Below, one piece after another: positions 39,142 through 48,204 of a DNA stretch of 64,000 bases. Within the stretch, counting starts at the first letter, position 1; each line of letters begins with the position of its first letter. Below the pieces are notes generated by a model. The model was not told the DNA's origin. It saw only the letters and a list, made by a program, of their open reading frames with translations, and made no database searches. Source of the DNA: a virus. The position numbers and the translations under genes were made by a program. The DNA lies in IMG/VR virus record IMGVR_UViG_3300037478_000520, positions 1 to 64,000 of that record. The stretch is one strand, 5' to 3'.

Positions 39142-40152
39142 ATGACTGACGAAGAAAGCCCGAACGGTCCGAAGCCCCGGGAGAAGAAGCCGACTGGCAA
39201 GGCTATCGGCGCGAAGGCCCGCGCCGATGCGCTGAGCCCGGAACGGAGAAAGGAAATAGCCAAAAAGGCAGCGGCGGCGCGCTGGGGCGAAAAGGCTCCA
39301 AAGGCAACGCACAAGGGCAGTTTCAAGGAGGATTTCGGGATCGACGTCGACTGCTACGTGCTCGACGACGATCAGAAGACGGCCGTCGTCAGTCAACGTG
39401 GAATGGGGGCTGCACTCGGTCTTGGCCAGACAGGTGGAGCTAAGCTTCCTCGGTTTCTGGACGGTGAAAAGGTGGCCCCGTACGTCGGCCCTGAACTAGG
39501 CCAAAAAATACGAAATCCTATTGTATTTCAACTGTCTTCCCCGGCCTCGAACCAGCCAATCACCCCGATCTACGGGTACGACGTGACCATTCTGATCGAC
39601 GTCTGCAAGACGATCATTAAGGCGCAAGAAGACGGCGGCTTGCTGAAGCGCCAGGCGCATATTGCTCGGCAGGCTCAGGTCATCGTCAACGCTTCGGCCA
39701 AGGCCGGAATCAAGGGGCTCGTCTACGCGCTGGCTGGCTACGACGCGAAGCGCGAAGACGTCATTCAGGCGTTCAAGTTCTACGTGCGGGAGGAAGCACG
39801 CGAGTACGAGAAGGAATTCCCGGACCAGCTCTACACCGAGTGGTACCGGCTCTATCAGTTGCCCAAGCCCAAACGGAACAAGCCGTGGAAGTTCAAGCAC
39901 ATGACTCTCGACCACGTCTACACGCCGCTGGCGCACAGCAACGGCAAGGTGCTGGAGCTTACGCGAGTAAAGAAGGCTGGCAGCGGAGCGCGGCACAAGA
40001 AGCTGCATCAGTTCCTATCAGAGATCGGCGTCAAAGCGTTACGTACTCACCTCGGGCAGTTGCTAGGCATCGCGCTGGTTTCGGACAGCCAAGAGCAGTA
40101 CGAGCGCTACATCAAGAAGGTGTTTGGTCGACAGGTGGAGTTGGACGTCTAG
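39142..40152 (+). CDS. P63C-domain protein
   Basis: ARADALSPERRKEIAKKAAAARW, CYVLDD, GIKGLVYALAGY, YEKEFPD, KLHQFL. Confidence 0.8.
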   Translation: MTDEESPNGPKPREKKPTGKAIGAKARADALSPERRKEIAKKAAAARWGEKAPKATHKGSFKEDFGIDVDCYVLDDDQKTAVVSQRGMGAALGLGQTGGAKLPRFLDGEKVAPYVGPELGQKIRNPIVFQLSSPASNQPITPIYGYDVTILIDVCKTIIKAQEDGGLLKRQAHIARQAQVIVNASAKAGIKGLVYALAGYDAKREDVIQAFKFYVREEAREYEKEFPDQLYTEWYRLYQLPKPKRNKPWKFKHMTLDHVYTPLAHSNGKVLELTRVKKAGSGARHKKLHQFLSEIGVKALRTHLGQLLGIALVSDSQEQYERYIKKVFGRQVELDV

Positions 40153-40158
40153 GGGGCA

Positions 40159-40389
40159 CTACTTCCCCCACCGCGCGTTTGCCGCCTTCCGCGCGATATC
40201 GGTTCGCTTCTTCTTCGACAGCTTCGCCGCCCGCGCCTTCCCGCCCTTGAGCCCACCCTTGCGCCCGAGCGCAACGGCGGCCGGGTCCTTGTCGCCAAGG
40301 TCTTCGGGCTCGCCATCGCCGATCGCGTCCGCCACGATGCTGGCAGCCAGCTTGTTGATGTCGACAGGTCGTTTCTTCTTGCTTGCCAT
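40159..40389 (-). CDS. small basic protein typical of these IS cargos
   Basis: KDPAAVALGRKGGLKGGKARAAKLS...IARKAANARW. Confidence 0.75.
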   Translation of the reverse strand: MASKKKRPVDINKLAASIVADAIGDGEPEDLGDKDPAAVALGRKGGLKGGKARAAKLSKKKRTDIARKAANARWGK

Positions 40390-40398
40390 TGCGGTTCC

Positions 40399-40719
40399 CT
40401 AGCGCCCACAGGTCGGGCAGCTGCATTCCCGGGGCCATACCCCGGAGAGAATATCCTCGACGGGCACGCCGGCCACCTGGGCGGCTCTGAGAGCCAGCCC
40501 CGGTGATGGAACGCTGTTGCTCCCGATGCCGTTCCCGGCGGGCTTTCTGACCGCTTCAACGCTACAGCGTAGCCGCTGCGCGAGGGGTCGCCAGCCACCG
40601 ACTTGCGCGCGGATGGCCTTCAGCGCGCGCTTGACGTTGGCCTGTTCTTCCGGGCTAAGCTCGAAGGCCACGTGCTTGCGTGGGCGGCGCCAGGTCTGGG
40701 TCTTGCTAAGAACCGTCAC
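40399..40719 (-). CDS. HTH-like cargo protein
   Basis: LAQRL...LALRAAQVAGVPVEDILSG; C-terminal CPTC. Confidence 0.6.
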   Translation of the reverse strand: MTVLSKTQTWRRPRKHVAFELSPEEQANVKRALKAIRAQVGGWRPLAQRLRCSVEAVRKPAGNGIGSNSVPSPGLALRAAQVAGVPVEDILSGVWPRECSCPTCGR

Positions 40720-40791
40720 CCGATCAGAATGCGTATGCTTGAGCGGTCATGCAAGCGGGGATCGCTCGGCAATTCAAACTGACCCACTACC

Positions 40792-41138
40792 TCTTCATCA
40801 CACGCAAGGGCGCCGTGAGCGCACGCCCCGGTGAGCTCGGCATCATTCCCGGCAGCATGGGCGCCCGTTCCTACATCGTCCGCGGCAAGGGCAACCCGGA
40901 AAGCTTCCATAGCTGCAGCCATGGCGCCGGCCGCGTCATGTCGCGCACGAAGGCGAAGGAGGTGTTCACGGTCGAAGACCACGCGCTGGCTACGGCTGGG
41001 GTCGAGTGCCGCAAGGATGAAGGCGTGCTCGACGAGACGCCCGGCGCGTACAAGGATATTGATGCTGTCATGGCTGCGCAGGAAGACCTGGTCGAGGTCG
41101 TGCACACGCTCAAGCAAGTGGTTTGCGTGAAGGGATGA
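40792..41138 (+). pseudogene. rtcB: rtcB C-terminal fragment truncated by the IS right end
   Basis: TRKGA, IPGSMG, SCSHGAGR, DETPGAYKDI, QVVCVKG. Confidence 0.92.
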
Positions 41139-41142
41139 GCGA

Positions 41143-41547
41143 ATGGTGTGCTGGGAACACGGCCGCCAAGGAACCGGCTACCTCAAGCACAGGCTCGCAA
41201 GCGCCATGTGGCCGATCCCGTGGGACGTGTACTTGCTGAAGTTCCCGCCAGGCTCGCACATTCCAAGGCATCGGGATCTGTCCGTGCTTGGCCGTCACTA
41301 CCGCCTGAACGTGACACTGTGGAATGCGCACCCAAAGCACCCGTTCCAGTCCACAGGCTGGCTGTGGCGGGGATTTGGGCGCCGCGTGGTACTGTTCCGG
41401 CCGGACATTCACGCGCACGCTGTGCGGCGGATTGAGATCGGGACGCGGTACGTGTTGAGCTTTGGGTGGTTGTGCCGTGATCGTGATGGCCGCCAGCCCA
41501 TGGGGTCAGGAAGTTCTGAAGTTGCAGAAGGCTCTCGGCGCCTTTGA
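41143..41547 (+). CDS. small 2OG-Fe(II) oxygenase-like protein
   Basis: YLLKFP.GS.I..HRD (HxD), RLN, FRPD..AHAV, R.VLS. Confidence 0.7.
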   Translation: MVCWEHGRQGTGYLKHRLASAMWPIPWDVYLLKFPPGSHIPRHRDLSVLGRHYRLNVTLWNAHPKHPFQSTGWLWRGFGRRVVLFRPDIHAHAVRRIEIGTRYVLSFGWLCRDRDGRQPMGSGSSEVAEGSRRL

Positions 41548-41556
41548 AGCCGAGAT
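41521..41556 (+). repeat. solitary CRISPR repeat unit
   Basis: GTTGCAGAAGGCTCTCGGCGCCTTTGAAGCCGAGAT; 32/36 identical to the array-2 repeat. Confidence 0.85.
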
Positions 41557-41583
41557 TGACCCAAAGCCGGACTGGGCGACCTT

Positions 41584-41892
41584 TTAAAGCCCCACATCCC
41601 TCTTCATCGCGTCGAGCATCTCTTTGGCCTTCACCAGCCCAACGTTCAGAACTAGGCGGCGGAACGCGGCTTCATCACTGGAGGCATGCGTAGCGGGAAG
41701 CTTGCCACTGCTGTCACTGCCGCTGGCCCCTAGCGCATGTTTCTTTCCGGTGCTGCGCGCCGTGTAGACCTGGGCTACGGTCATCTGGATCCCTTCCTTC
41801 TTCGCCTTGTCCAGCACCTCTTTGGCGGACAGCGACAGTGGTTGAGAGCGGACCCACGCTGACTTGTTGACGGTCTTTTTCTTGTTTGCCAT
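41584..41892 (-). CDS. small basic DNA-binding protein
   Basis: NKSAWVRSQP..LSAKEV...GI......VY; own promoter TTGACG-N16-TTTAAT. Confidence 0.7.
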   Translation of the reverse strand: MANKKKTVNKSAWVRSQPLSLSAKEVLDKAKKEGIQMTVAQVYTARSTGKKHALGASGSDSSGKLPATHASSDEAAFRRLVLNVGLVKAKEMLDAMKRDVGL

Positions 41893-41934
41893 AGCGGGCG
41901 CTATTAAACGCACCGCGAAGTCCCCGTCAACAAC

Positions 41935-41970
41935 AAAAAAACCCCCTGACCGCGCAAGGCGACCAGGGGG
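41935..41970 (-). terminator. terminator closing the CRISPR array 1 transcript
   Basis: Minus strand CCCCCTGGTCGC...GCGGTCAGGGGG followed by T7. Confidence 0.85.
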
Positions 41971-42017
41971 ATCAGAGATTCTTCAATGTCGTTCTGCTAG
42001 TTGGCAGGCTTGCCCGC

Positions 42018-42560
42018 CAAAGGCGCCGAGGGCCTTGTGCGACGTGCCGTGCTCGCAGTGCCAGAGCTTCCTTGCACCCTTGTCTCAGCTTCAAAGGCGC
42101 TGAGGGCCTTGTGCGACGGTCAGGGAAGTAGTGCGAGAGGTGCGCGTAGCCAAGTCTCAGCTTCAAAGGCGCTGAGGGCCTTGTGCGACGGCCGCCTCGT
42201 CCAGCACGTCCTTGTTCGGAGTTCGGTCTCAGCTTCAAAGGCGCTGAGGGCCTTGTGCGACCGCGAGGAGGCCGCCTGTCGAAGCGCCACAGATGAGGTG
42301 TCTCAGCTTCAAAGGCGCTGAGGGCCTTGTGCGACTCAACCGCCCTGCGGCGAGGGCCGCAAGTACCACCCTCATGTCTCAGCTTCAAAGGCGCTGAGGG
42401 CCTTGTGCGACTCGGCGATCACCTCGGCCATCACGTACCGTCGGTGCTCGCGTCTCAGCTTCAAAGGCGCTGAGGGCCTTGTGCGACTACCCGAGTCCGG
42501 CGCGCGCCACCGCGCTCGCCCCACGTCTCAGCTTCAAAGGCGCTGAGGGCCTTGTGCGAC
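42018..42560 (-). CRISPR. CRISPR array 1: 7 full repeats + 1 partial trailer repeat, 7 spacers of 36-40 nt
   Basis: 36-bp GTCGCACAAGGCCCTCAGCGCCTTTGAAGCTGAGAC (minus strand). Confidence 0.97.
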
Positions 42561-42727
42561 CGCTTCGTCAGATTGTCAAAGATCCCAAGCGCTTGCAAGC
42601 CGGTTTGCGAGAGCCTGTCGCTACGCGCTACAGGACGTCTACCACGGAAGCTGCTTTGGGCTGACGACCATCGGATTTCGCTAATATCCCCGCATTCTTA
42701 GCCAGTTTGCGAGCGGTCCCCGGGGTT
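42561..42727 (-). promoter_or_regulatory. CRISPR leader 1
   Basis: Near-identical inverted copy of 56498-56663. Confidence 0.85.
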
Positions 42728-42806
42728 GGCGCGCCGCCGGACCTCTCGCGAATTTTAGCGTAGTTAATCTGCATTGGTCCAGCGCCCGATTCGTCAGAGT
42801 TACTCG

Positions 42807-43259
42807 TCAACGGTTGATTTCAGCCGGTTCAGCGTCCGCGACCTCTTGGATGGCTTCGATCCCTGCGAATGGGTCTTCTTGCACGCCAGCGGCGTCCGCC
42901 TTCTCGCGCACCTGCTCGATCGACCTCGCCATCTGCTTGCGACGCTGCGGATTTCGCCTGACCTGCTCAGCTTGTGCCGAGAGCAACACGTTGAGTTTAC
43001 CGTTCACGACCGCGTCTCTCACCGCGGCGTCCTTATCGATCTTGGCGATGGCCGCGGTCTGGTCATCGTTCACTTGAGTATTCCGCGCAACCTCTACCAC
43101 GATCGATGATGGGGCTGCTCGGCTGACAGCCTTCTCGACATCGCTCGTTGTCGCGAGATCAACAAGAAAGGTAGCGGCACCAGAGCCCGCAGCCACCACG
43201 CCAACGGCGATTGAGAGTGCCTTCGCGATCCCACCACCGGTGGTCAGGTTGAAGTCCAT
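42807..43259 (-). CDS. membrane/coiled-coil protein (possible lysis accessory)
   Basis: N-terminal TM; last gene of the late operon. Confidence 0.55.
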   Translation of the reverse strand: MDFNLTTGGGIAKALSIAVGVVAAGSGAATFLVDLATTSDVEKAVSRAAPSSIVVEVARNTQVNDDQTAAIAKIDKDAAVRDAVVNGKLNVLLSAQAEQVRRNPQRRKQMARSIEQVREKADAAGVQEDPFAGIEAIQEVADAEPAEINR

Positions 43260-43279
43260 ACGCGCCTCCTATCCATTTT

Positions 43280-43600
43280 TCAAATTGAAGGTTCAATCGT
43301 GACCGAGATCCGTTGCGACTTCGATGTCGAGCCGTTGGAGTGCTGCACGGTGAACTGCGCCAGGTAGCGGCCGGAGACCAACACGTCAGCGGGCAATCGC
43401 GTGTACTCGATCACGCCTCCGGGAAGAATGTCCGCGGATGCGTCGTCGACCACAACTCGCCCCGTGTCTCGGTGCACGAGCCGAAACGTAGCGCTAATCG
43501 CATCTTCCAGAACGAGGTTGTGCTCTGTGGCATTGACGGACCACTGCCCGTGCGTCTCGCCAGTCTGGACCTTTTTGAAACTACTCTCGGTTGCTGGCAT
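43280..43600 (-). CDS. BppU-like beta-sandwich virion protein
   Basis: ATFRL...GVIEY...D....GRY.AQFTV. Confidence 0.55.
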   Translation of the reverse strand: MPATESSFKKVQTGETHGQWSVNATEHNLVLEDAISATFRLVHRDTGRVVVDDASADILPGGVIEYTRLPADVLVSGRYLAQFTVQHSNGSTSKSQRISVTIEPSI

Positions 43601-43609
43601 GGCTCACAC

Positions 43610-45850
43610 CTATCCGTTCACAGAGAATTTCACGCCGCGGTCACCGTGTCGACTCGACGGCTTCACCACGAGCGGCATGGGGATCACGCTGGTGTTGACC
43701 ACGAGTGCTGGTGAGACCACCTTTTGGGGCGCCTTGGTGAGTGTGGGGCCGAATACCTGCGACGTGCTCTCGACCAGGTCCGGCGGTCCAACCAGCGGAG
43801 CGACGTCGGGTTCAAAGACAACGCTCGAACTCGGCGTGAGTGCGGGCGCCACTTCCGCTGGCGCCACCTTGGCGATGGTCGGCGCAAACACCTGCGACGT
43901 GCTCGACACGGCGTTCGGTAGGACGCTCGGTGCGACCGCCTTCGCAACCGTAGCCCCGAATACCGTCGAGCCACTGGGTACCAGGTTGGGTGCCGCCACA
44001 GGCACGGGGATAGCCGTCACATAGGGCGGCAACACCACCGCGAAATTGCCCACGAGGCTGGGCGATACCGTCTTTGGAGTCGCCTTGGAGACCGTCGGAG
44101 CGTAAACGGTGCTGGTACTGGCCACGATGTCCGGGAACATCTGGATGAGCTGCCCAACATCCGGCTCGAACACCTGCGATGTGCTCGGCACGAGTCCAGG
44201 TTCGACGGCCGGGACGGCTGCCTTGGCGACGGCGGGCGACGCAACGGTCGATGTGCTCGGCGTAAGTCCAGGCTGGACGCTTGCGGGGGTCGCCTTCGCG
44301 ATGGTCGGCGCAAACACTTGCGACGTGCTCGACACGGCGTCTGGCTCGACGCTGGCTGGCGTCGCGAGTGCCACGGTGGGTGCAAACACCTGGGATGAAC
44401 TGGAGACCGCATCGGGGACAACGCTCGCAGGGGTCGCCTTGGCGACGGTCGGGGCGAACACCGTGGACGAACTCGGAACCAGGTCAGGGGCCACGTCCCC
44501 GTCGTCGATTGCCACGGTGGGCCCGAAGACTTGCGACGTGCTCGCAACAACGTCCGGTTCGACGATGGCCGGCGTGGCTTTTGCTACCGTCGGACCGAAG
44601 ACCTGCGCAGTGCTCGCGACAAGGTCGGGTGGGCCGACTTCCTTGGGGGTCGCCTTGGCTACCGTCGGAGCGAAGACCTGCGCGGTGGATGCGACCAGGT
44701 CCGGTTGCACCTGCGGAACAGTTGCCTTGGCTACCGTCGGGCCGAAGACGGTCGCAGTGCTCGCCACCGCGTCGGGCTGCACTGATTGTGGCGTTGCTTT
44801 TGCCACGGTCGGTTGAAAGACCGTGGATGAACTCGGGACGATGTCTGGCTGCGCCGTCAGATCAGACAGCGCGACCGTCGGGCCGAAGACCGAAGAAGTG
44901 CTCGCAACCAGGTCCGGCTGCACCGATGCGGGAGTCGCCTTGGCAACCGTCGGGCTGAAGACCTGGGATGAACTCGCTACCGCATTCGGCTGCACTGACG
45001 CCGGCGTCGCCTTGGCGACGGTCGGCCCAAAGACTTGCGCAGTCGAAGCCACAGCGTTCGGCTGCACACTTGCTGGCGTGGCCTTCGCGACCGTCGGCCC
45101 GAAGACAGAGGATGTGCTCGCGATAAGATCAGGAGGACCGACCTCGATGTCGCCGCCTGGCGTGATGTACTTGGCCTCGAGGTACGCGCTGTTCGTGGCG
45201 ACGTCTGTGTCATCATGGACGACGTCGTAAAAGATCGCCGCGCACGCTCTGAAGTGCTGAAAGCTGCCGTTGAGCGAACGCCCGAACCGCGCGGTGTCCA
45301 TCGACGTTGCGCCAGTGAAGACGTCTGACGCCGTCACGACGTTGACCTCAACGCCGTTCTTGTAGAACGTCATCGCGTTGCCGACGTCGACAAGCGTTAC
45401 AGCCCAGACAGCCCACTCCACGAAGTCACCAGCCGTGGCAGCGTAGATTGCTCCAGAAATGTTGATCTCAAGCCGATCCGGAGCGTCCTGCGCCATGATC
45501 AACGGGAACGCTTGGTCTGCCTGGTTGCGGCCGTAGTTGAAGCCGACCTCGTCGGCGCCGTCATCGTAGTAGTATCCGACCTGATAGATGGTCCGATCTG
45601 AGTCTTGGTTGGGCAGGCCAGTCGGGCTAGCTTTCTCCAGCGACTCGTCGGTGCCGTTGAAGTCGACGTAATCGGCTCCGCTCGGCGTTCCACCAGCAAC
45701 TAACTCGCCACCGATGTCAGAACCGATAGGCGTGAAGTCGTTGCCCTGACCGCTTGAATCGGCCCACTCCGTGACTTCGGTCCCATCGAGCGAGATGCCG
45801 GTGTCGGACTCGAGATCAATCCGTCGGTTGGCCGTGATCGGCGTCGTCAC
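43610..45850 (-). CDS. tail fibre-like protein: LamG-like head plus ~20-aa tandem repeats
   Basis: VTEWADSSGQGN LamG-type start; roughly two dozen VxPDxVASTSxVFxPTVAKATP repeats. Confidence 0.75.
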   Translation of the reverse strand: MTTPITANRRIDLESDTGISLDGTEVTEWADSSGQGNDFTPIGSDIGGELVAGGTPSGADYVDFNGTDESLEKASPTGLPNQDSDRTIYQVGYYYDDGADEVGFNYGRNQADQAFPLIMAQDAPDRLEINISGAIYAATAGDFVEWAVWAVTLVDVGNAMTFYKNGVEVNVVTASDVFTGATSMDTARFGRSLNGSFQHFRACAAIFYDVVHDDTDVATNSAYLEAKYITPGGDIEVGPPDLIASTSSVFGPTVAKATPASVQPNAVASTAQVFGPTVAKATPASVQPNAVASSSQVFSPTVAKATPASVQPDLVASTSSVFGPTVALSDLTAQPDIVPSSSTVFQPTVAKATPQSVQPDAVASTATVFGPTVAKATVPQVQPDLVASTAQVFAPTVAKATPKEVGPPDLVASTAQVFGPTVAKATPAIVEPDVVASTSQVFGPTVAIDDGDVAPDLVPSSSTVFAPTVAKATPASVVPDAVSSSSQVFAPTVALATPASVEPDAVSSTSQVFAPTIAKATPASVQPGLTPSTSTVASPAVAKAAVPAVEPGLVPSTSQVFEPDVGQLIQMFPDIVASTSTVYAPTVSKATPKTVSPSLVGNFAVVLPPYVTAIPVPVAAPNLVPSGSTVFGATVAKAVAPSVLPNAVSSTSQVFAPTIAKVAPAEVAPALTPSSSVVFEPDVAPLVGPPDLVESTSQVFGPTLTKAPQKVVSPALVVNTSVIPMPLVVKPSSRHGDRGVKFSVNG

Positions 45851-46563
45851 GTGCGGCCTCGACTCGCGGCGGCGCGCAACCGGTCGCGCTCAGCGCGAAG
45901 GGCGTTGGTCTCCGCACGCTGCCTGGCGATCTCCTCTGGAGGCGGATCTCGCTGCAACCGCTCCTGCTCTTCGACCTCCGACATCTTGCTGTCGAATCGC
46001 CCAGCGATCGAAGCGCGAACAACCACGTCGCCAGCCGTGACAAGGAACTGCTGCGGGCGAGCGAGGGGAACGCCGTTGCTATCCACGCGGCCGTCGGGCG
46101 CAAGCCGCAAGTATCCAAGCAGCGCGCGCGCGCGGTGTGCCGCCTGCGCGCCGGCTACCTCCCCCTTCTCTCGGAGATTGGTGAGCGCCTCGGCCTTGGC
46201 GATGTCCGGATCAGCGCAGACAGCAATCGGTCGCCCGGCCCAGCGCTCGAAGTTGGCCACGTTTCCGCGACGTGGATTTCGCGCAATCCGCACGATAGCC
46301 CCGTCCCCAGCATCAACCGGAAACGCTTCCAGTCCTCGAGCCTCGACGGTGTTCCACCACCACGCTCGACGATCCTCGTTGAACGTGATCGGCCCACCGA
46401 GCGTCGGCAACGGCTCTCCGAGTGCCACCCAACGCGGCCAACGTGCCGCAGCAAGAGCCGCCCACTCCGCGTGCTTATCCGCGTAGTGCTGGCACCATGC
46501 CGCAGCGCGAAGGCGCGACAGCATGATCGCGTCTGGCACCTCGATGTAGCGGTACTCGGGCAT
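45847..46563 (-). CDS. hypothetical late protein
   Basis: Coupled to the downstream gene. Confidence 0.55.
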   Translation of the reverse strand: MPEYRYIEVPDAIMLSRLRAAAWCQHYADKHAEWAALAAARWPRWVALGEPLPTLGGPITFNEDRRAWWWNTVEARGLEAFPVDAGDGAIVRIARNPRRGNVANFERWAGRPIAVCADPDIAKAEALTNLREKGEVAGAQAAHRARALLGYLRLAPDGRVDSNGVPLARPQQFLVTAGDVVVRASIAGRFDSKMSEVEEQERLQRDPPPEEIARQRAETNALRAERDRLRAAASRGRT

Positions 46564-46649
46564 GGGGTGCGCCTCACATAGAAAAAAATCGCGCCCAACG
46601 CAGACGCCGATATACGATCGGTATCTGCGCCAGGCGCGTGGATGAGAAC

Positions 46650-47075
46650 TTAGAGTTGCCCGATTCCGGAGCCGTTCCAGGTGATGTTGACGTTGCCACC
46701 GTCAGGTGGTTGCGTCATACCGGTTCCGGTATCGATCCACATGATCAACGTCGAAGTGCCAGCCGTGCCCGTCCACTTGTAGATCAAACAGGCTTCGAAC
46801 TCGTCGCCAGTAACCGACGTGATCGTTGTATCTGCCGCGTCAAAGACAGCCGTGTCGCTGATCGTCTTGGAAGCCAGCGCAACGCCATCGCTGCCAGCAT
46901 TGCCGCCGCCAGCCCCAACCATGGCGCCAGCAGCGATATCGGCGATGTCCTGGTCCGCGGCGTTGTACGTCTCATCGCCGGTATCGATGAAGATGACGCG
47001 GATGTCGTCTGCCAATAGGTCGATGTTGCCGCGCGCAACCTCGGCTTTCCCGAATGGGTACCACGCATTTGCCAT
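46650..47075 (-). CDS. minor tail/virion protein
   Basis: MANAWY...IDL..D.I...FDAAD...YK.TG...P.GGN..I.WN..GI pattern. Confidence 0.65.
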   Translation of the reverse strand: MANAWYPFGKAEVARGNIDLLADDIRVIFIDTGDETYNAADQDIADIAAGAMVGAGGGNAGSDGVALASKTISDTAVFDAADTTITSVTGDEFEACLIYKWTGTAGTSTLIMWIDTGTGMTQPPDGGNVNITWNGSGIGQL

Positions 47076-47107
47076 TGCTGAGTTCTCCTAATGCAGGCGG
47101 TGCGCGG

Positions 47108-47308
47108 TCAGCGCTTCCCGCGAAAAAGGCTGAAGCGCGAAAGGAATCCGAGGATTGCCGAGGTGATCGGCTTCACGACCTCGTCGTCGCGCTTGGTTGG
47201 AGTTGCGTCGACGAATGCGTCAACCACAGTGCAGATAGCAACCAGGAGCGTCACCACCGCGGAGACGTACGTCACCCAGTCGATCTCAAGGATCGATTCG
47301 ATACTCAT
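47108..47308 (-). CDS. holin-like protein
   Basis: 66 aa, TM helix, TPTKRDD, basic C-terminus; next to the endolysin. Confidence 0.65.
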   Translation of the reverse strand: MSIESILEIDWVTYVSAVVTLLVAICTVVDAFVDATPTKRDDEVVKPITSAILGFLSRFSLFRGKR

Positions 47309-47342
47309 TGCTGAACCTCTGAGTTAGCGCCGAGCTTTTAGG

Positions 47343-48185
47343 TCAGCGCGTGGTCTCATTCTTCGGCGCGCGAACGTCCACTGTTCCGCGTTCCCAGTTG
47401 TCCCGCTGCTCGTGCAAAGGAAACCAGTTCACGTACCCCGTGATCGTTTCTCGTGAACGCTTGCTAGCGCGAAATGCATTTCCGTAGTTTCCCTCAAGCC
47501 CGTTCACGTGCGTGTCATCGACGCGCACCACCGTGAACTTGTGACCCTTCTGAGTGAGATCCCCGGTCGGGTCGCGATACAGAATGACCGCTTGGTCTCC
47601 AGGAGTCGGTGACAACGTCAATTGGCCTAAGTCACGCGCCGCGAGGTACGACTGGTAGCAGCTCCCCATCTTTTGACCTTTGGGGTGCTTCGCGCTGACG
47701 TGTGGGTAGCAACCCGTCGCGTTGTAGGCGATTTGGTCAGCGCAGAATGCGCACCACGGCGGGCCCTTCTTCGCGGCCATCGCGCCTGTGGTGCGCCACT
47801 TCGGAAGGCACGTATCGATCAGCGGCCCGCGGTTGCTGCCGATCGGCACCTCGCGGACGTCGGCATCGAGCCACCGCATGGCTTCTTTGAGAACCGCGCG
47901 CCGCATCGGCGTCAATCCAGATGGAATCGTGATCCCGTGGGTCGTGTGCTCCTCGACATGCGGGTCTCGCTTCAGCGACCACCACGTCTTGGGTCCGACG
48001 ACGCCGTCCACTTCAAGAGGCAGCCCATCCGGGCCGCTGTGGGTCTGCTGGAACTCTACGACAGCGTCTCGCAGGTCGATGTCAAACTCGTCAGAGTCGC
48101 GTGCGTCGCACATGCCGAACTCGCGGAGGAACCCGCGCACGTAGCGAACCTCGGTTGCCTTGTCTTGGTAACGAAGCGTCAGCAT
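47343..48185 (-). CDS. endolysin (PG-binding + CHAP)
   Basis: AVVEFQ...L.VDGVVGPKTW; PWCA, GH, EGN CHAP motifs. Confidence 0.88.
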   Translation of the reverse strand: MLTLRYQDKATEVRYVRGFLREFGMCDARDSDEFDIDLRDAVVEFQQTHSGPDGLPLEVDGVVGPKTWWSLKRDPHVEEHTTHGITIPSGLTPMRRAVLKEAMRWLDADVREVPIGSNRGPLIDTCLPKWRTTGAMAAKKGPPWCAFCADQIAYNATGCYPHVSAKHPKGQKMGSCYQSYLAARDLGQLTLSPTPGDQAVILYRDPTGDLTQKGHKFTVVRVDDTHVNGLEGNYGNAFRASKRSRETITGYVNWFPLHEQRDNWERGTVDVRAPKNETTR

Positions 48186-48204
48186 GTTCGTGGTGGTCAG
48201 GCGG

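Larger units (their letters stand above)
36430..40791. mobile_element. IS1-family cargo-carrying transposon (~4.4 kb)
   Basis: Perfect 21-bp terminal IRs GGTAGTGGGTCAGTTTGAATT / AATTCAAACTGACCCACTACC; internal DDE transposase; no target duplication. Confidence 0.9.

Noticed and set aside
42190-42225. 13-nt similarity (AGGACGTGCTGGA) to array-2 spacer 56924-56962
   Set aside because: Too short, with unrelated flanks; probably chance.
41972-42664. ORFs overlapping array 1 (and 56523-57258 over array 2)
   Set aside because: They are translations of repeat-spacer units.
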